Shown one piece after another: positions 1 through 13,038 of a DNA stretch of 64,000 bases. The notes beneath the pieces are model-generated. The model was not told the DNA's origin, did not search any database, and saw nothing but the letters and a program-made list of their open reading frames with translations. Position 1 is the stretch's first letter, and the number at the start of each line of letters is the position of its first letter. A program made the translations under genes and the position numbers. The stretch is from Anaeramoeba ignava BMAN (taxonomy: Eukaryota > Protista > Anaeramoebae): NCBI GenBank assembly GCA_028826165.1, contig JAPDFW010000022.1, positions 124,001-188,000 of the forward strand, given 5' to 3'.

Positions 1-477
1 TTCAAAACATTATTCAAAATCTTATTCAAAACCTTATTCAAAATTTTATTCAAAATCTTATTCAAAATCCCCTTTTATGTATTTAAATCCTTTTCTTTTA
101 ATTTCAATTCATTTCATCAAATTTTATGTATCTAGAACTTTCAAAAAAAAAAGAACTTTATTTGTAGCTAAATTTTTTCAAACCATTTCCATCTTTCATT
201 TCTCAAAATAAATTGATCAAATCAAATCAAATTAAATTAAATTAAATCAAATCAAAAAGAATTTGTATCAATTATTTTTTTTTTTCACCTTTAATTTCTT
301 TTTTTTTTTCTTTTGAAATTCACTTTTTAATTCTTTCTTTTATTTGAGTATCAAAACTCAAATTTTTTTTTTTGAATAAACCTCTTTTTTTTTGCTTTTA
401 AAAAATGAAAAAGAAAAAACAAAAACAAATTATGATTTGAAAGAAAAAGAAAAAGAAAGAAAAAAGAAAAAAGAAAA

Positions 478-3400
478 TTATTTAAATGAAGAATATTCTG
501 AATCAAAAATAAGCATTGGAATATTGATATTTGAACTAAATTTAACTTCATATTCATTTAATTTGTTTAAAATTTCTTCATATTCTACTTTTTTAAAATA
601 TCCTAAAATCCATTTTAAAACTTCATTTATTCCATTTCCAAAATCTTTTGAATATTTTCTAAATAATTTAGGAAGTAATATTTTTTTTGATTTTGTACTA
701 ATAATAACATTTTTTTCAATAAATGTTTTTGTTGTTGTTTCAAGTTCTTCTTCATAATTTTGATTATAATATACTCTAACTGGTGATCCCATCCAAAAAT
801 TAACAATTCCAAAATGTATTCTTGGATCTAATTTCTTAATTGAATAATTACTTCTTTCATCGTTTGTTTTAAAATGTTTACTTTTTATTCCTTTTCCTTG
901 ATTTTGTCTTAATATTCCATTTTTGATATCATTTAATGAAAAGAAATATTTTCCAATTTGATATTTAGTTTCATTCATAAATTTATTTTGTGCTTTTTTT
1001 TCTCCTGTTGTTCCTTTCAATATTATTCCATGAATAGATAAAACATTATAAATATTGATGAAAAATGGTATTAATTCTTCTGAACTTAATTCATTCAATT
1101 CAACATTTTGTAATTCAAGTGTTGCTAATGCAAATCTTCTAAAACTAACTGAATGTGAAACTGAATCAAGTGTTATTGTTTCAGTACTTATCGAATAATT
1201 AGCTGAACATATATCAATAATTTTCTCACAAAGTTCTTCTGCAACAACGCATGGATGTCTTGATACATATTTATATTCAAATTGTGAATTTAATGCTTTG
1301 GATTCTCTTAATCCTTTAGTTATATCAATCTTTATTTTAATTTTAATTTTAATTTTAATTTTAATTTTAATTTTAATTTTAATTTTAATTTTAATTTTAA
1401 TTTTAATTTTAATTTTAATTTTAATTTTAATTTTAATTTAAATTTTAATTTTAATTTTAATTTAATATTAATTTTAATTTTAATTTTAATTTTAATTTTA
1501 ATTTTAATTTTAATTTTAATTTTAATTTTAATTTTAATTTTAATTTTAATTTTAATTTTAATTTTAATTTTAATTTTAATTTTAATTTTAATTTTAATTT
1601 TAATTTTAATTTTAATTTTAATTTTAATTTTAATTTTAATTTTAATTTTAATTTTAATTTTTAATTTTAATTTTAATTTTAATTTTAATTTTTAATTTTA
1701 ATTTTAATATTTTTACTTTTTGATTTTAATTTTGATTTTAATTTTAATTTTAATTTTAATTTTAATTTTAATTTTAATTTTAATTTTAATTTTAATTTTA
1801 ATTTTAATTTTAATTTTAATTTTTTTACTTTTTTGATTTGAGGAATATTTTCTAATGTTTTTTTTTGATATCTAATTCTTAATAATTTATATATATTAGA
1901 ATTAATAAATGCACTCCAAAAATTTTGTTCTAAAATGTTATAAATGTTTTCTTGAAGCTATTTTGATTTTTATAATTTTTTAATTTTTATAATTTTATAT
2001 TTTTAATTTTTATAATTTTATAATTTTATAATTCAAACCTCATTAAAAATTGTTAATGGTATTTTTTGAGTTGATATCAAATCACTAATTTCATTTCTTT
2101 TTTTTGGATTCATTTCAATTTCAAAAATAGAATCTTGTTTAATAAATTTTTCATAAATATTTTTAGCAAATTCATCAACTTTCTATTTATTTTTAATTTA
2201 TTAATTTTATTAATTTTATTAATTTATTTTTGATTAATTGATTTTTACATCAGAATTTTCAGAAAGTTTTTTAAATTTTTCAATTTCAATATAAAGTAAT
2301 AAATTTTCTTGATTAAAATGTTCAACTAAAAATTCTCTAAAATATTCTACTGTTTGTGGATTATTTAAAACACTTGTTAAATCTTTAAATGGATTTTCAC
2401 TCTATAAATTTAAATTTAATTTAAATTTAATTTAAAAAAAAGGAAATATTATTTTTAAATAAATTTACATTTTCATCAAAAGAATTTTCTTCTATTTGTT
2501 GAAATCTTGTTGTTGTTGATGATGTTGTTCCATCTTTTGAACGTGCATCCTATTTATTTTATTTATTTATTTTATTTATTTTTTTAAATATTATTTATAA
2601 ATATTATTTATAATAACAAACTTCTGAAATATCAGAATAAGTATCAGTTTCTAATGAATTTGCTAAATCTGTTTGACTCATATTTTCAATTTCAATTCGA
2701 AGTTTATTATTTTCAAATGTTTTCTTTTTCAATTCATTCATTAAAATATTGATTTTTCTTGAATTGCTTTTTGTGCTTTGATTTCTTTTTTGTCTTTTGT
2801 ATTTCTGCTTTCTTTTTATTTCTTTTTCTTCATTTATTTTTTCTGAATTTCAATAATTTCATTTTGATATTTTTCAACTTCAATTTCAAGTTCATCTTCA
2901 CTTTCTGATCTCATTTCAATTTCTTCATTATCTGAAATCATTTCATAATTTTCTTTTTCTTCTTTTTTTTCAACAACTGCTTCTATTCTTTTTTGATTTT
3001 CATTTTTTAATTCATCATTAATTTCTTTTTCAACTTCTTCTTCAATTTTTTTGGATATTTCTTTAATAATTTTAAATATTTTATCTTCTTCATTTTCATT
3101 TTCATTTTCATTTTCATTTTGATTTTCATTTTCATTTTCATTTTCATTTTCATTTTTTCATTTTCAATTTGATTTTTATTTTCATTTTCATTTTCATTTT
3201 CAATTTGATTTTTAATTTGATTTTCAATTTGGTTTTCATTTTGATTTTGATTTTCAATTTGGTTTTCATTTTGATTTTGATTTTCAATTTGGTTTTCATT
3301 TTCAATTTCAATTTGATTTTCATTTTCATTTTCATTTTCATTTTCATTTTCATTTTCATTTTCAATTTGATTTTGATTTTGATTTTCAATTTGATTTTTA

Positions 3401-5214
3401 TCTTCATTTTCATTTTTATTTTCATTTTCAATTTGATTTTGAATTTGATTTTGATTTTTATTTTCATTTTGATTTTTATTTTGATTTTGATTTTGATTTT
3501 CAATTTGATTTTGATTTTTATTTTGATTTTGATTTTCAATTTGATTTTGAATTTGATTTTGATTTTGATTTTGATTTTGATTTTGATTTTGATTTTGATT
3601 TTCAATTTGATTTTGATTTTCATTTTGATTTTGATTTTGATTTTGATTTTCATTTTCAATTTGATTTTCAATTTGATTTTCATTTTGATTTTCATTTTGA
3701 TTTTCAATTTGATTTTGATTTTTATTTTGATTTTGATTTTCAATTTGATTTTCAATTTGATTTTCAATTTGATTTTTATTTTGATTTTCAATTTGATTTT
3801 GATTTTGATTTTGATTTTCATTTTCATTTTCATTTTTATTTTCATTTTGATTTTCAATTTCAATTTTATTTTCAATTTTATTTTCAATTTCATTTTGAAT
3901 TTGATTTTCATTTTTATTTTCATTTTGATTTTCAATTTGATTTTGATTTTGATTTTGATTTTGATTTTGATTTTGATTTTGATTTTGATTTTGATTTTGA
4001 TTTTGATTTTGATTTTGATTTTGATTTTGATTTTGATTTTGATTTTGATTTTGATTTTGATTTTGATTTTCATTTTGATTTTCATTTTGATTTTGATTTT
4101 GATTTTGATTTTGATTTTGATTTTGATTTTGATTTTCATTTTGATTTTGATTTTGATTTTGATTTTGATTTTCATTTTGATTTTGATTTTGATTTTGATT
4201 TTGATTTTCATTTTCACTTTCTTTAAAATCAGAATCAGGTTCTAATGATTTTATAAATTCATTTGATTTAATTTCTAAATTTTTCTTTTTGATTTTTAAT
4301 TCTTCAAATAATTGTTTATGATAATCTAATTCTCTTTTATATTTTTTAGATTTCTTGGTTTCTTGATTTAATAAATGTTGGAATTGTTCTCTTTTTCTTT
4401 CTGTAACCCATCTTGTTTTAATGATTTCAAATAATTTTTGTTTTTTTTCTAAAAGTTCATCAATTTTTTCTTTTAATTTATTATTTTCTTTTTCTCCAAG
4501 TTGCATTTTTAAAGAATCAATTTTCAAATTTAAACTTTCAACTTCTTTATTTTTTGTTTTCAATCTTTCAAGCATTGCATTATATTTCATTTGAAGTGAA
4601 CCTTTCATATCTGAACTTTCTAAATTTTTAATTTCAAATTTAAGTTTTTTGATTTTCAATTTGATATTTTCAATTTCTTGTTTATAATCTTTAGTTTTTT
4701 TTGCAGCTTTTTCTTCTAATTGTTTCATTCTTTCTGAAGGTTTTGTAAAAACACATTCAATAGCTTTTGAACCAGATAAATTGATTGTTGTAATAAATAC
4801 ATGAACAAAAATTGGATTTTTTTTAGCTGTTAAACATTGAAAATCAACATCAATAGTTCCACTTTGTAATCTTTTATTTAATTTTTTAATAAATAATAAA
4901 TAATAAATAATAATAAATAAATAATTTATAAATTTAATTATTTACTGAGAAACAGCATCAAGTAAATCTTGAATAAATTCTTTTGTGTTTTTTTTGGGAA
5001 TATCTTGAAATTCAACTGTTAAATTTGATAAAGATTCTTTTAATAAAAATGAATCATTTGGAACTTCAAAAAGAATTTGAGCTTGTTTATTTGCTTCAAT
5101 TATAACTCCATTTGAAAGAAATAAAATAACTGGTTGTTGTGATTCATGTATTTTCTTTCTATATGATTTTAATTGATTTTTTTTAATCATTTTTTTACTT
5201 TCAAAATTCCCCAT
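478..5214 (-). CDS. Multi-exon PAS-like / coiled-coil / NQ-repeat / RGS / DUF547 protein
   Basis: Spliced by hand at GT-AG introns. Exons approx. 5214-4946, 4870-2622 (two homopolymer frameshifts near 3155 and 2840), 2549-2469, 2401-2249, 2182-2039, 1957-1829, 1329-478. RGS motif LTSVLNNPQTVEYFREFLVEHFNQENLLLYIEIEKFK...AKNIYEKFIKQDSIFEI; DUF547 motifs FFINIYNVLSIHG, SLNDIKNGILR, DPRIHFG; PAS-like IEANKQAQILF. Confidence 0.8.
1330..1828. repeat. (TTTTAA)n microsatellite filling an intron
   Basis: Near-perfect hexamer array between the splice sites of the RGS-DUF547 gene. Confidence 0.9.
3090..4215 (-). repeat. Coding (AAT CAA / AAT GAA)n low-complexity NQ/NE tract
   Basis: Hexamer array in frame with ORF 3007..4728; the alternative-frame IK/IL ORFs are shadows of it. 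Confidence 0.85.
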
Positions 5215-5614
5215 TTTAAATTTTTAAATTTTAATAAAAAAATAACAAAAAAAAAATGAAAAAAAAATGAAAAAATTTAATTTCTTTTTCAATAAAGATC
5301 CTTTCTATTTAATAAAACATAATTGATTAAATTAAATAAATAAAGTTTTTGTAAATTAAATTTTAAAATATTTTTTAATTGAAAAAAATCATAATTTAAA
5401 AACTAAAAAAAGATTTTTTTTTAATTAAAAAAAAAGGAAAAAAAAATAAAAAAATTTTTTTATCATTTTTTCTTTTCTTTTTCTTTTTGAATTTTCTTTT
5501 TGAATTTTCTTTTTTCTTAAACAAAACAACAAAACAAAATTTTTTTTTTCTTTCGGTTTTTTTTTCTTTCATATTTTAAAAAGCAATCAAACAAAACAAA
5601 ACAAACAAAAATAA

Positions 5615-8600
5615 ATGTCAGCGCATAAACAACAAAAAAAAAATTTACATCACCAAAAAAGAACAATCACTGTCAAACTTCTTGATGGATCTGAATCAAT
5701 GCCAGTTATTGAAGACACAACAACTGTTTCAGATCTATTATCAATGTCATTAGTAAGTAAAAGAAATAACAAAGTTGAAGGATATCAAATTTTTGGATAC
5801 GAACCAAATAAAACTGGCATTGACAACGAAAATACGTTAAATTTACATGACAAACTTTTTCCGATTGGTGACTTTTTAGACTCATCAAGTTTAGTTTCAA
5901 ATTTTGCGCATTTGCAGTTAGAAGTAAGACACACACCTCAAGAAAAAGTTTTAGTGATTTTGCCACCAGATCCAAAAGATTTAACGCCGCGCCATGAAAA
6001 GGTGTCCATAGACAAAACTATACCTATGATTTTATATGAACTTTGTAGCCAATTTCATCTTCCTGAATCTGAATTTGCTTTGTTTTTAAAGCTTCCTTAT
6101 AATGCTTCTCATTCGTTTTTTAAACCAACTTCAAGTTTTCTTTTAAATCCTAAAGTTAATCAAAAGCAATTTCCTACTAGTCAACAAGGTTTTTGGTTGG
6201 AATTGAATCAACATCGAAAGCTTTTAACTTATACTTCTGTTTTTGATGTTTGTGTTTTTGATTTTTATCTGATTCTTTTTACAAATTAAAATTCGATTTA
6301 AAATTCAAATTTAAATTCGATTTAAAATTCATTTATAAAATTAAAATTAAAATTAAAATCAAAATTAAAATTAAAATTAAAATTAAAATTAAAATTAAAA
6401 TTAAAATTAAAATTAAATTGATTTAAAATAAAATTAAAATTAAAATTAAAATTTAAATTCGATTTAAAATTAATATTAAAATTCAAATTAAAATTTAAAA
6501 TTAAAATTAAAATTGAATTTAAAATTAAAATTAAAGTTAAAATTCATTTATAAAATTAAAATTAAAATTAAAATCAAAATTAAAATTAAAATTAAAATTA
6601 AAATTAAAGTTAAAATTAAAATCAAAATTAAAATTCATTTATAAAATTAAAATTAAAATTAAAATCAAAATTAAAATTAAAATTAAAATTCATTTATAAA
6701 ATTAAAATTCATTTATAAAATTGAAATTAAAAATTAAAATTAAAATTAAAATTAAAATTAAAATTAAAATTAAAATTAAAATTAAAATTAAAATCAAAAT
6801 TAAAATTCGATTTAAAATTAAAATTCATTTATAAAATTAAAATTCATTTATAAAATTAAAATTCATTTATAAAATTCAAAATTAGTCAAATGAAATGCTC
6901 TTCCTTCAACTCCAAAGAAAACCAGGAAAAGTTTCTGTTGAATATGATGAATTTGACGAAAAAACAGACGAAAAAATAGGACACAAAGTGGAAGAAATAC
7001 TTCTAGATTTCACAGCACCAGTGAAAACATTCATCCAACAATTCACAGAAACACATTATGTACCAACAAAATACATTATGTCATTATTCCACGCAATAAC
7101 GGACAAAAAGAAAAAAGAATCAGACCAAAAGGAAAGCTTCGTCGCAAACGCACAATCGGAAAACGATACGTTTGTAGACTCAGATTTCGAAATTGTGCCG
7201 ACAAACCACAAGGATTTAAGTTCAGATACGGAAATTTATGCTAAAGAGGATCTTGTTATTTTGGAATTAAACAACCTTACTGAAGACTTCTCGTTTGCTC
7301 AACAGGCCGTTCCTGAAGAATCCCTTTTGAAATTTGTGCCAACAATCCCCAAATTTGTTGTTAGAAGAGAAATGGGAGCAAAATCAACAAAAAATAATTT
7401 TGATCAATTTTTGGATCAGAATTTTGACTCAAATTTGGATCATAATTTTTTCAGTGACGTTTCTGATCAAACGTTTTTTTGGGACGAAATAAAAAGCCAA
7501 ATACCGAACATTCTATGGGAAGAAGGGGGACAAATGGATGAGTTTAGAACACCCATTTTTGAGCGGATTCGCGGGGCGAGTTTGAACAAGTCAATAGAAA
7601 TTCTGACAAGTATTGAGGGGTTTGAGCCTGAGTTTGTGGATCTCTTCTTTGAGATGATGCCGACAATAACGGACGAGATGACGTTTTTGAGTCGGCTTTT
7701 TGAACGGTTCAAAGTGCCTATTGGATTCTATACCTCTGATCAAAAGACCGCGATCCAATCAGCCGTTATCGGCGTTACTGAGAAGATGATTGAGTTTCGT
7801 CCTTACAAACTGCCTCAAGAAATCAAGACAATGATCCGTTCTTTTGTGAAGACAGAACTGAAAAACCATTACAATAAAGATTTTCGCGAACGCGGAAAAA
7901 ACGTTCTTGGTTATTTGTCGAACAAGAAAAAAATTCGCAGAAGAACCGCTTGGGCAACTTTCACTTCCTCCAAAAATCTAGCAAATTCCTCTTTTTTTGA
8001 ACTGGCAAAAGTAGGAAAAACACGTTCGGTACTTAAGTTGAATCGAACCGAATTAATGCATTTGAACAACGACTCCAGTGAGTTACATAATATCCCGATC
8101 GAGCCGCGTTTTCGACCGAAGAAAACACGGTCAACAAGCAAAAAAAAGTCACAGAAATATCGCGATATGGATCCATCGATTCCGCAGCCGATTATCCCGA
8201 AAGAAAAAGATATTCGAATGCTGACATTATTTAAAATTGACAGCTACGAAATTGCTAAGCAAATTACACTTGAAACCCATAAGCTTTTTTCGAAGATCAA
8301 AACACAGGAGTTTTTGAATAACTCATGGACCAAACCGAACAAGAAGACTCTTAGCCCAGACATCCTGAAGATGATCAACTGGTTCAATCACCTTGCAGAC
8401 TGGACAGCCACACAAATACTGATGTACCGCAACTTAAAAGAAAGGGTCAAAGTGTTTGAAAAGATGATCACAATTGCCGTTGAACTATATATCCAGAACA
8501 ACCTCAACGACACAATGGCAATCGCCTCAGGAATGCAAATGATGCCCATTGAAAGACTCACCAAAACACGCGCCCTCTGTTCTCAAAAACTACTCGATTG

Positions 8601-8952
8601 GCTTGCTTACATTGAAAAGTTAACCGACGCTGTTGGATCATATCGAGCAATGCGCACACACATCCGCACAAAGCAACCCCCTCTCATCCCTTATCTCGGC
8701 ATGTATCTTGCTACTCTTACAACCCTTGAAGAATTGCCAAGTCGCATCGAAAATAATTTGATTAATTGGGCCAAAAGGAGAAGAATTTTTCGCGCAATTT
8801 CGGAAATTAAAACATTTCAATCAGTTGATTTTAAGTTCTATTTTGTTCCTCAAATTAAACAATTCTTGTATCAGGATAAATGTTTGGATGAAAATCAATT
8901 GTGGGATATTTCTTGCGAATTTGAACCTGATGATCAAGAAGATCAATTTTGA
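5615..8952 (+). CDS. Ras guanine nucleotide exchange factor (ubiquitin/RA-like N-terminus, REM, CDC25)
   Basis: Exons 5615-6247 and 6886-8952 join in phase 0 across an (AAAATT)n intron. REM IRGASLNKSIEIL; CDC25 EIAKQITL, FNHLADW, NNLNDTMAI, PLIPYLGMYL, LINWAKRR. Confidence 0.9.
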
Positions 8953-9237
8953 TTTCTTCTTTCTTTATTTTTCTTTCTTTATTTTTCTTTCTTTCTTTCT
9001 ATTTTTTTTTCTTTTGTTTGTGACATTTTTCTATTAAAATGTATTCATAAAAAAAATAATCTTTTTTTCTTTTTAAAAAAAGAAATTCATATTGAAAAAT
9101 AATTTTTAATTCTTCAAAAAGAAATAACTTTCACAATCCAAAAACTTCTTTTTGTTTGTTTTTTTTTGAAAAAAAAATATCAAATCAAATTGGAAAAAAA
9201 AAATATTCTTATTCTTATTCTTATTCTTAAAAAATTC

Positions 9238-12200
9238 TTATTTAATTTGTGGTTTATTTGCTGAAACTCTTGGTTCAACTTCCAATGATCTTGAATACAA
9301 TTCTGTTTCGTCATATTTCTTCAACTTAATAAGGAGTTGAGCAATTTGATGAACATATTGCAAATCATAAGATTTTTGTTGATATTGTTGAATATTCAAG
9401 ATAACTTTACTAATTTGAGTTCTTTTTGAATAATTAATTAAATTTCCCAAATAATCAGGACTTCCGTCTTCAATAAAAGTAAGATCTGTCAAATAGATAC
9501 CCAAATAAGGAATACAAGGAGGATTTGCTTGTTTTAATGATTCCCGATATGCTTTATAAGATTGGGTTGATGACATTTCTGTTTGAAGTGATTGATAAGT
9601 ATCATAATGACTTTGTTTCACTATTTCCCATGATTTTTTCAATCGGAAAATTGGTGATGAATTCAATCCAGCTAAAATTGCTGTTAATCCATTAAAATTG
9701 TTTAATTTTCGGCAATGTTCCGCAATTTTAATAAATTTGTTGATAATATTCGCTCGGGATTTAGGTTTATCCCTTCTCACTACGCATGTTGCAACCCATA
9801 AAGATACATCATTGAATCGTTGAATAAATGCAAGAACATTAGGTGCTCTGTGTTTGTATTTGGCTTTGTTCCATGCTTGATTAAGCAATTCAGTTGGCTT
9901 TATAAATAATTTTATAAATAATTTTATAAATAATTTTATAAATAATTTTATAAATAATTTTATAAATAATTTTATAAATAATTTTTAAATAATTTATAAT
10001 TTTATAAATAATTTTATAAATAATTTTATATATAATTATATAAATAATTTTATAAATAATTTTATTTATAATTTAATAAATAATTATATAAATAATTTTA
10101 TAAATAATTTTATAAATAATTTTATAAATAATTTTATAAATAATTTTATAAATAATTTTATAAATAATTTAATAAATAATTTAATAAATAATTTTATAAA
10201 TAATTTTATAAATAATTTTATAAATAATTTTATAATTAATTTAATAAATAATTTTATAAATAATTTTATAAATAATTTTATAAATAATTTTATAATTAAT
10301 TTTATAAATAATTTAATAAATAATTTTATAAATAATTTTATAAATAATTTTATAAATAATTTTATAAATAATTTTATAAATAATTTAATAAATAATTTTA
10401 TAAATAATTTAATAATTAATTTTATAATTCTTCCAAATTTGTTTATTTACACTAATTTTCGTATAAACTTGAAACTCAATTAATGTTAATTGTCTTGCAA
10501 TTTCTTCTTCGTTTACATCAAATATTGAAAGTTTTGGACTAAATATATTTTTAGGAATAATTGGTTCTGGTAAATTTGGAGGTTCGAAAATGGTTTTTTT
10601 TGCATCAAATCCTTTTTCTTTCTTTTCTAATATAGATCTTAATCTATTAGCAAGATTTAAATTATCTTGAGCTAAAATTTTATCAATAAATTCTCTTAAA
10701 TCATGGATTAATGATTTATTAAAATGTGAAAAGAAGTTTTCAAGCCATTTCATCAATACATTCACAACCTTTAGTTGAATTGCCTTTCTTTTGTTCTGAT
10801 ATTCTTCTTCTGTAGATTCTCCAACTTTAGGAACATGATATCTTTTATTATATATTTATTTATTTATTTTGAAAATATTTTGAATATATTTTGAATATAT
10901 TTTGAATATATTTATTTTGAATATATTTTGGATATATTTATTTTGAATATATTTATTTTGAATATATTTTGAATATATTTTGAATATATTTTGAATATAT
11001 TTTGAATATATTTTGAATTTATTTTGAATTTATTTTGAATATATTTTGAATATATTTTGAATATATTTTGAATATATTTTGAATATATTTTGAATATATT
11101 TTGAATAATTTTGAATATATTTTGAATATATTTATTTTGAATATATTTTGAATATATTTTGAATATATTTTGAATATATTTTGAATATATTTTGAATATA
11201 TTTATTTTGAATATATTTATTTTGAATATATTTATTTTGAATATATTTATTTTGAATATATTTTGAATTTATTTTGAATATATTTTGAATATATTTTGAA
11301 TATATTTTGAATTTATTTTGAATTTATTTTGAATATATTTTGAATTTATTTTGAATTTATTTTGAATATATTTTGAATATATTTTGAAAATACCTTTGAA
11401 CAAGTTTTTGAAACAATATCTTTGGTGTTGTAAATGATTGATAAGTCAATAAAAATGTTTCAATTTTAATTCCTCCTCCTTTTTGTGCTGTTAATGCTTC
11501 AACCAATTTATTTAAACTTGCTGCTTTAATTTCTATAAAATTATATTTTAAAATTAAATTATTGATAAAATATTTTTGTTTTTGCTTTAAAAAAAAACCA
11601 TCTTGTAAACTATCTGTATCTTCCATATATAAAATATTCTGATCTGAATCAGGAGGTTCATCCCAAATTGGAACATCTTCTTTTAAATTTTCTTCTTCTT
11701 CATCTTCATAACTATAATTGAATTTATTTTGAATTTATATTTTTTTTTTTTCAATTTTTTAATTTAATTGAATTTAATAAAAAAGCAAACCCAAGATTAA
11801 TTAAATGTTCAATTAATTCTTGGACTGTGTCACTATCTTTATGAGATTTTGGTTCCAAAACAATATCAAATATTTTCTCAATTTGCATAATAGCAACTCT
11901 TAAAAGTGTTTTTAATCGACTATTTTTAAAATAATGTTCTTGATCTTTTTATAATTTATAATTTTTAGTTTATAGTTTTTAATTTTTAATTTTTAATTTA
12001 TAAAATACATTGAACTCGACTTTCTTCTTCAAGTGCTTCTTGAGTTTTATGAAGTCCTAAACATTTTAAATGTTGCATAACAAGTTGAATTACAATATCT
12101 TCTGTAATATTTTCTTTTACGTCAGTAGAACCAAAGCTAAAAATTTGAGCAAAACTATTTAAAATGTTTTTAAATTTTTTAATTATAATTTTAATTTTAA

Positions 12201-12934
12201 TTATAATTTTTTGAATTGTTTTTTTTTACCATCCAGCTCTTTCAATGGGATAAAGCCTTTCATGTAAATCTCTTAATCCTGGATGTTTTTCCATAATTTG
12301 AGAAAACCATTTTGATCGATCTATATTTGGGTCTTGAAGAAGAACTAAAAACAAAAATTTTCAAATAAATAATAACATAAATATTAACATAAATATTAAA
12401 TTAAATATTAAATTAAATATTAAAACAAATATTAAATTAAATATTAAATTAATTATTAACTTAATTATTAACATAAATATTAAAACAAATATTAAAACAA
12501 ATATTAACATAAATATTAAATTAAATATTAAAATAAATATTAAAATAAATATTAAAACAAATATTAAATTAAATATTAAATTAAATATTAAAACAATTAT
12601 TAAATTAAATATTAAAGTAAATTTTAAATTAAATATTAAATTAAATATTAAATTAAATATTAAATTAAATATTAAAACAAATATTAAAACAAATATTGAA
12701 GTAAATTTTGCTTTTAAGTTTTGATTTGAAATGTCAATTTTATTTGATTTGAAATGTCAATTTTATTTTAGATGGTAATATTTATTTATTTATTTTAAAT
12801 ATAAATTGCCAATTTTAAATTGAATTTATTTAGTTAATTTTTTTACTTTTTCTTGGATGTTTTTGATAATCTGTTGTTTGTATAATTTCATTTGTTGTTG
12901 TGTTTTGTTGTTCTTTTATGTCAGAATCTTGCAT
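9238..12934 (-). CDS. LisH-REM-CDC25 RasGEF (Aimless/RasGEFA-like architecture)
   Basis: ATG at 12934, about 8 exons. LisH EDIVIQLVMQHLKCLGLHKTQEALEEES near 12020-12110; REM IKAASLNKLVEALT...FLLTYQSFTTP; CDC25 EEIARQLTLIE, NNFNGLTAIL, PCIPYLGIYLTDLTFIEDG. Confidence 0.88.
9900..10410. repeat. Intronic 13-bp tandem repeat (TATAAATAATTTT)n
   Basis: Seen directly, inside a RasGEF intron. Confidence 0.85.
10865..11390. repeat. Intronic 11-bp tandem repeat (GAATATATTTT)n
   Basis: Seen directly, inside a RasGEF intron. Confidence 0.85.
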
Positions 12935-13038
12935 ATTTTAAAGAAAAAACAAAGAAAAAAATGAAAAAATTTTCTTTTTGTTTTTTTTTTTCATTTCTTT
13001 TTCATTTTTTTTTTCATTTTTTTTTTCATTTTTTTTAA
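12935..13038. promoter_or_regulatory. 104-bp divergent promoter with TCATTT initiator-like elements on both strands
   Basis: Lies between head-to-head ATGs at 12934 (-) and 13039 (+). Four TCATTT on + before the RagC ATG and AAATGA near 12960 for the minus gene. Confidence 0.6.

Noticed and set aside
1-470. ORFs 351..557 and 392..757 and the 12-bp repeat at 1-70
   Set aside because: Low-complexity or antisense to the DUF547 exon; no recognisable product. No tRNA, rRNA or transposase was recognised anywhere in the window.
1330-1828. TAA/TAG reassigned to Gln (as in some metamonads), which would make the (AAT TAA)n tracts coding NQ
   Set aside because: Conserved C-termini end at TAA (Rab ...CC-TAA, TLDc ...YFI-TAA, aminopeptidase), long ORFs have no internal TAA/TAG, and these tracts are bounded by GT-AG sites whose removal restores domains.
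3150-4245. Long ORFs of poly-IK, IL, LN, FD, MK (also 19950-20858, 21247-21619, 23229-23474, 45924-46576, 53626-54986)
   Set aside because: Alternative-frame or antisense shadows of hexamer microsatellites.
12765-12780. TTTTAG|ATG|GTAATA on the + strand as a micro-exon
   Set aside because: It is antisense within RasGEF intron 1 and isolated; RagC has its own ATG and TCATTT elements downstream.
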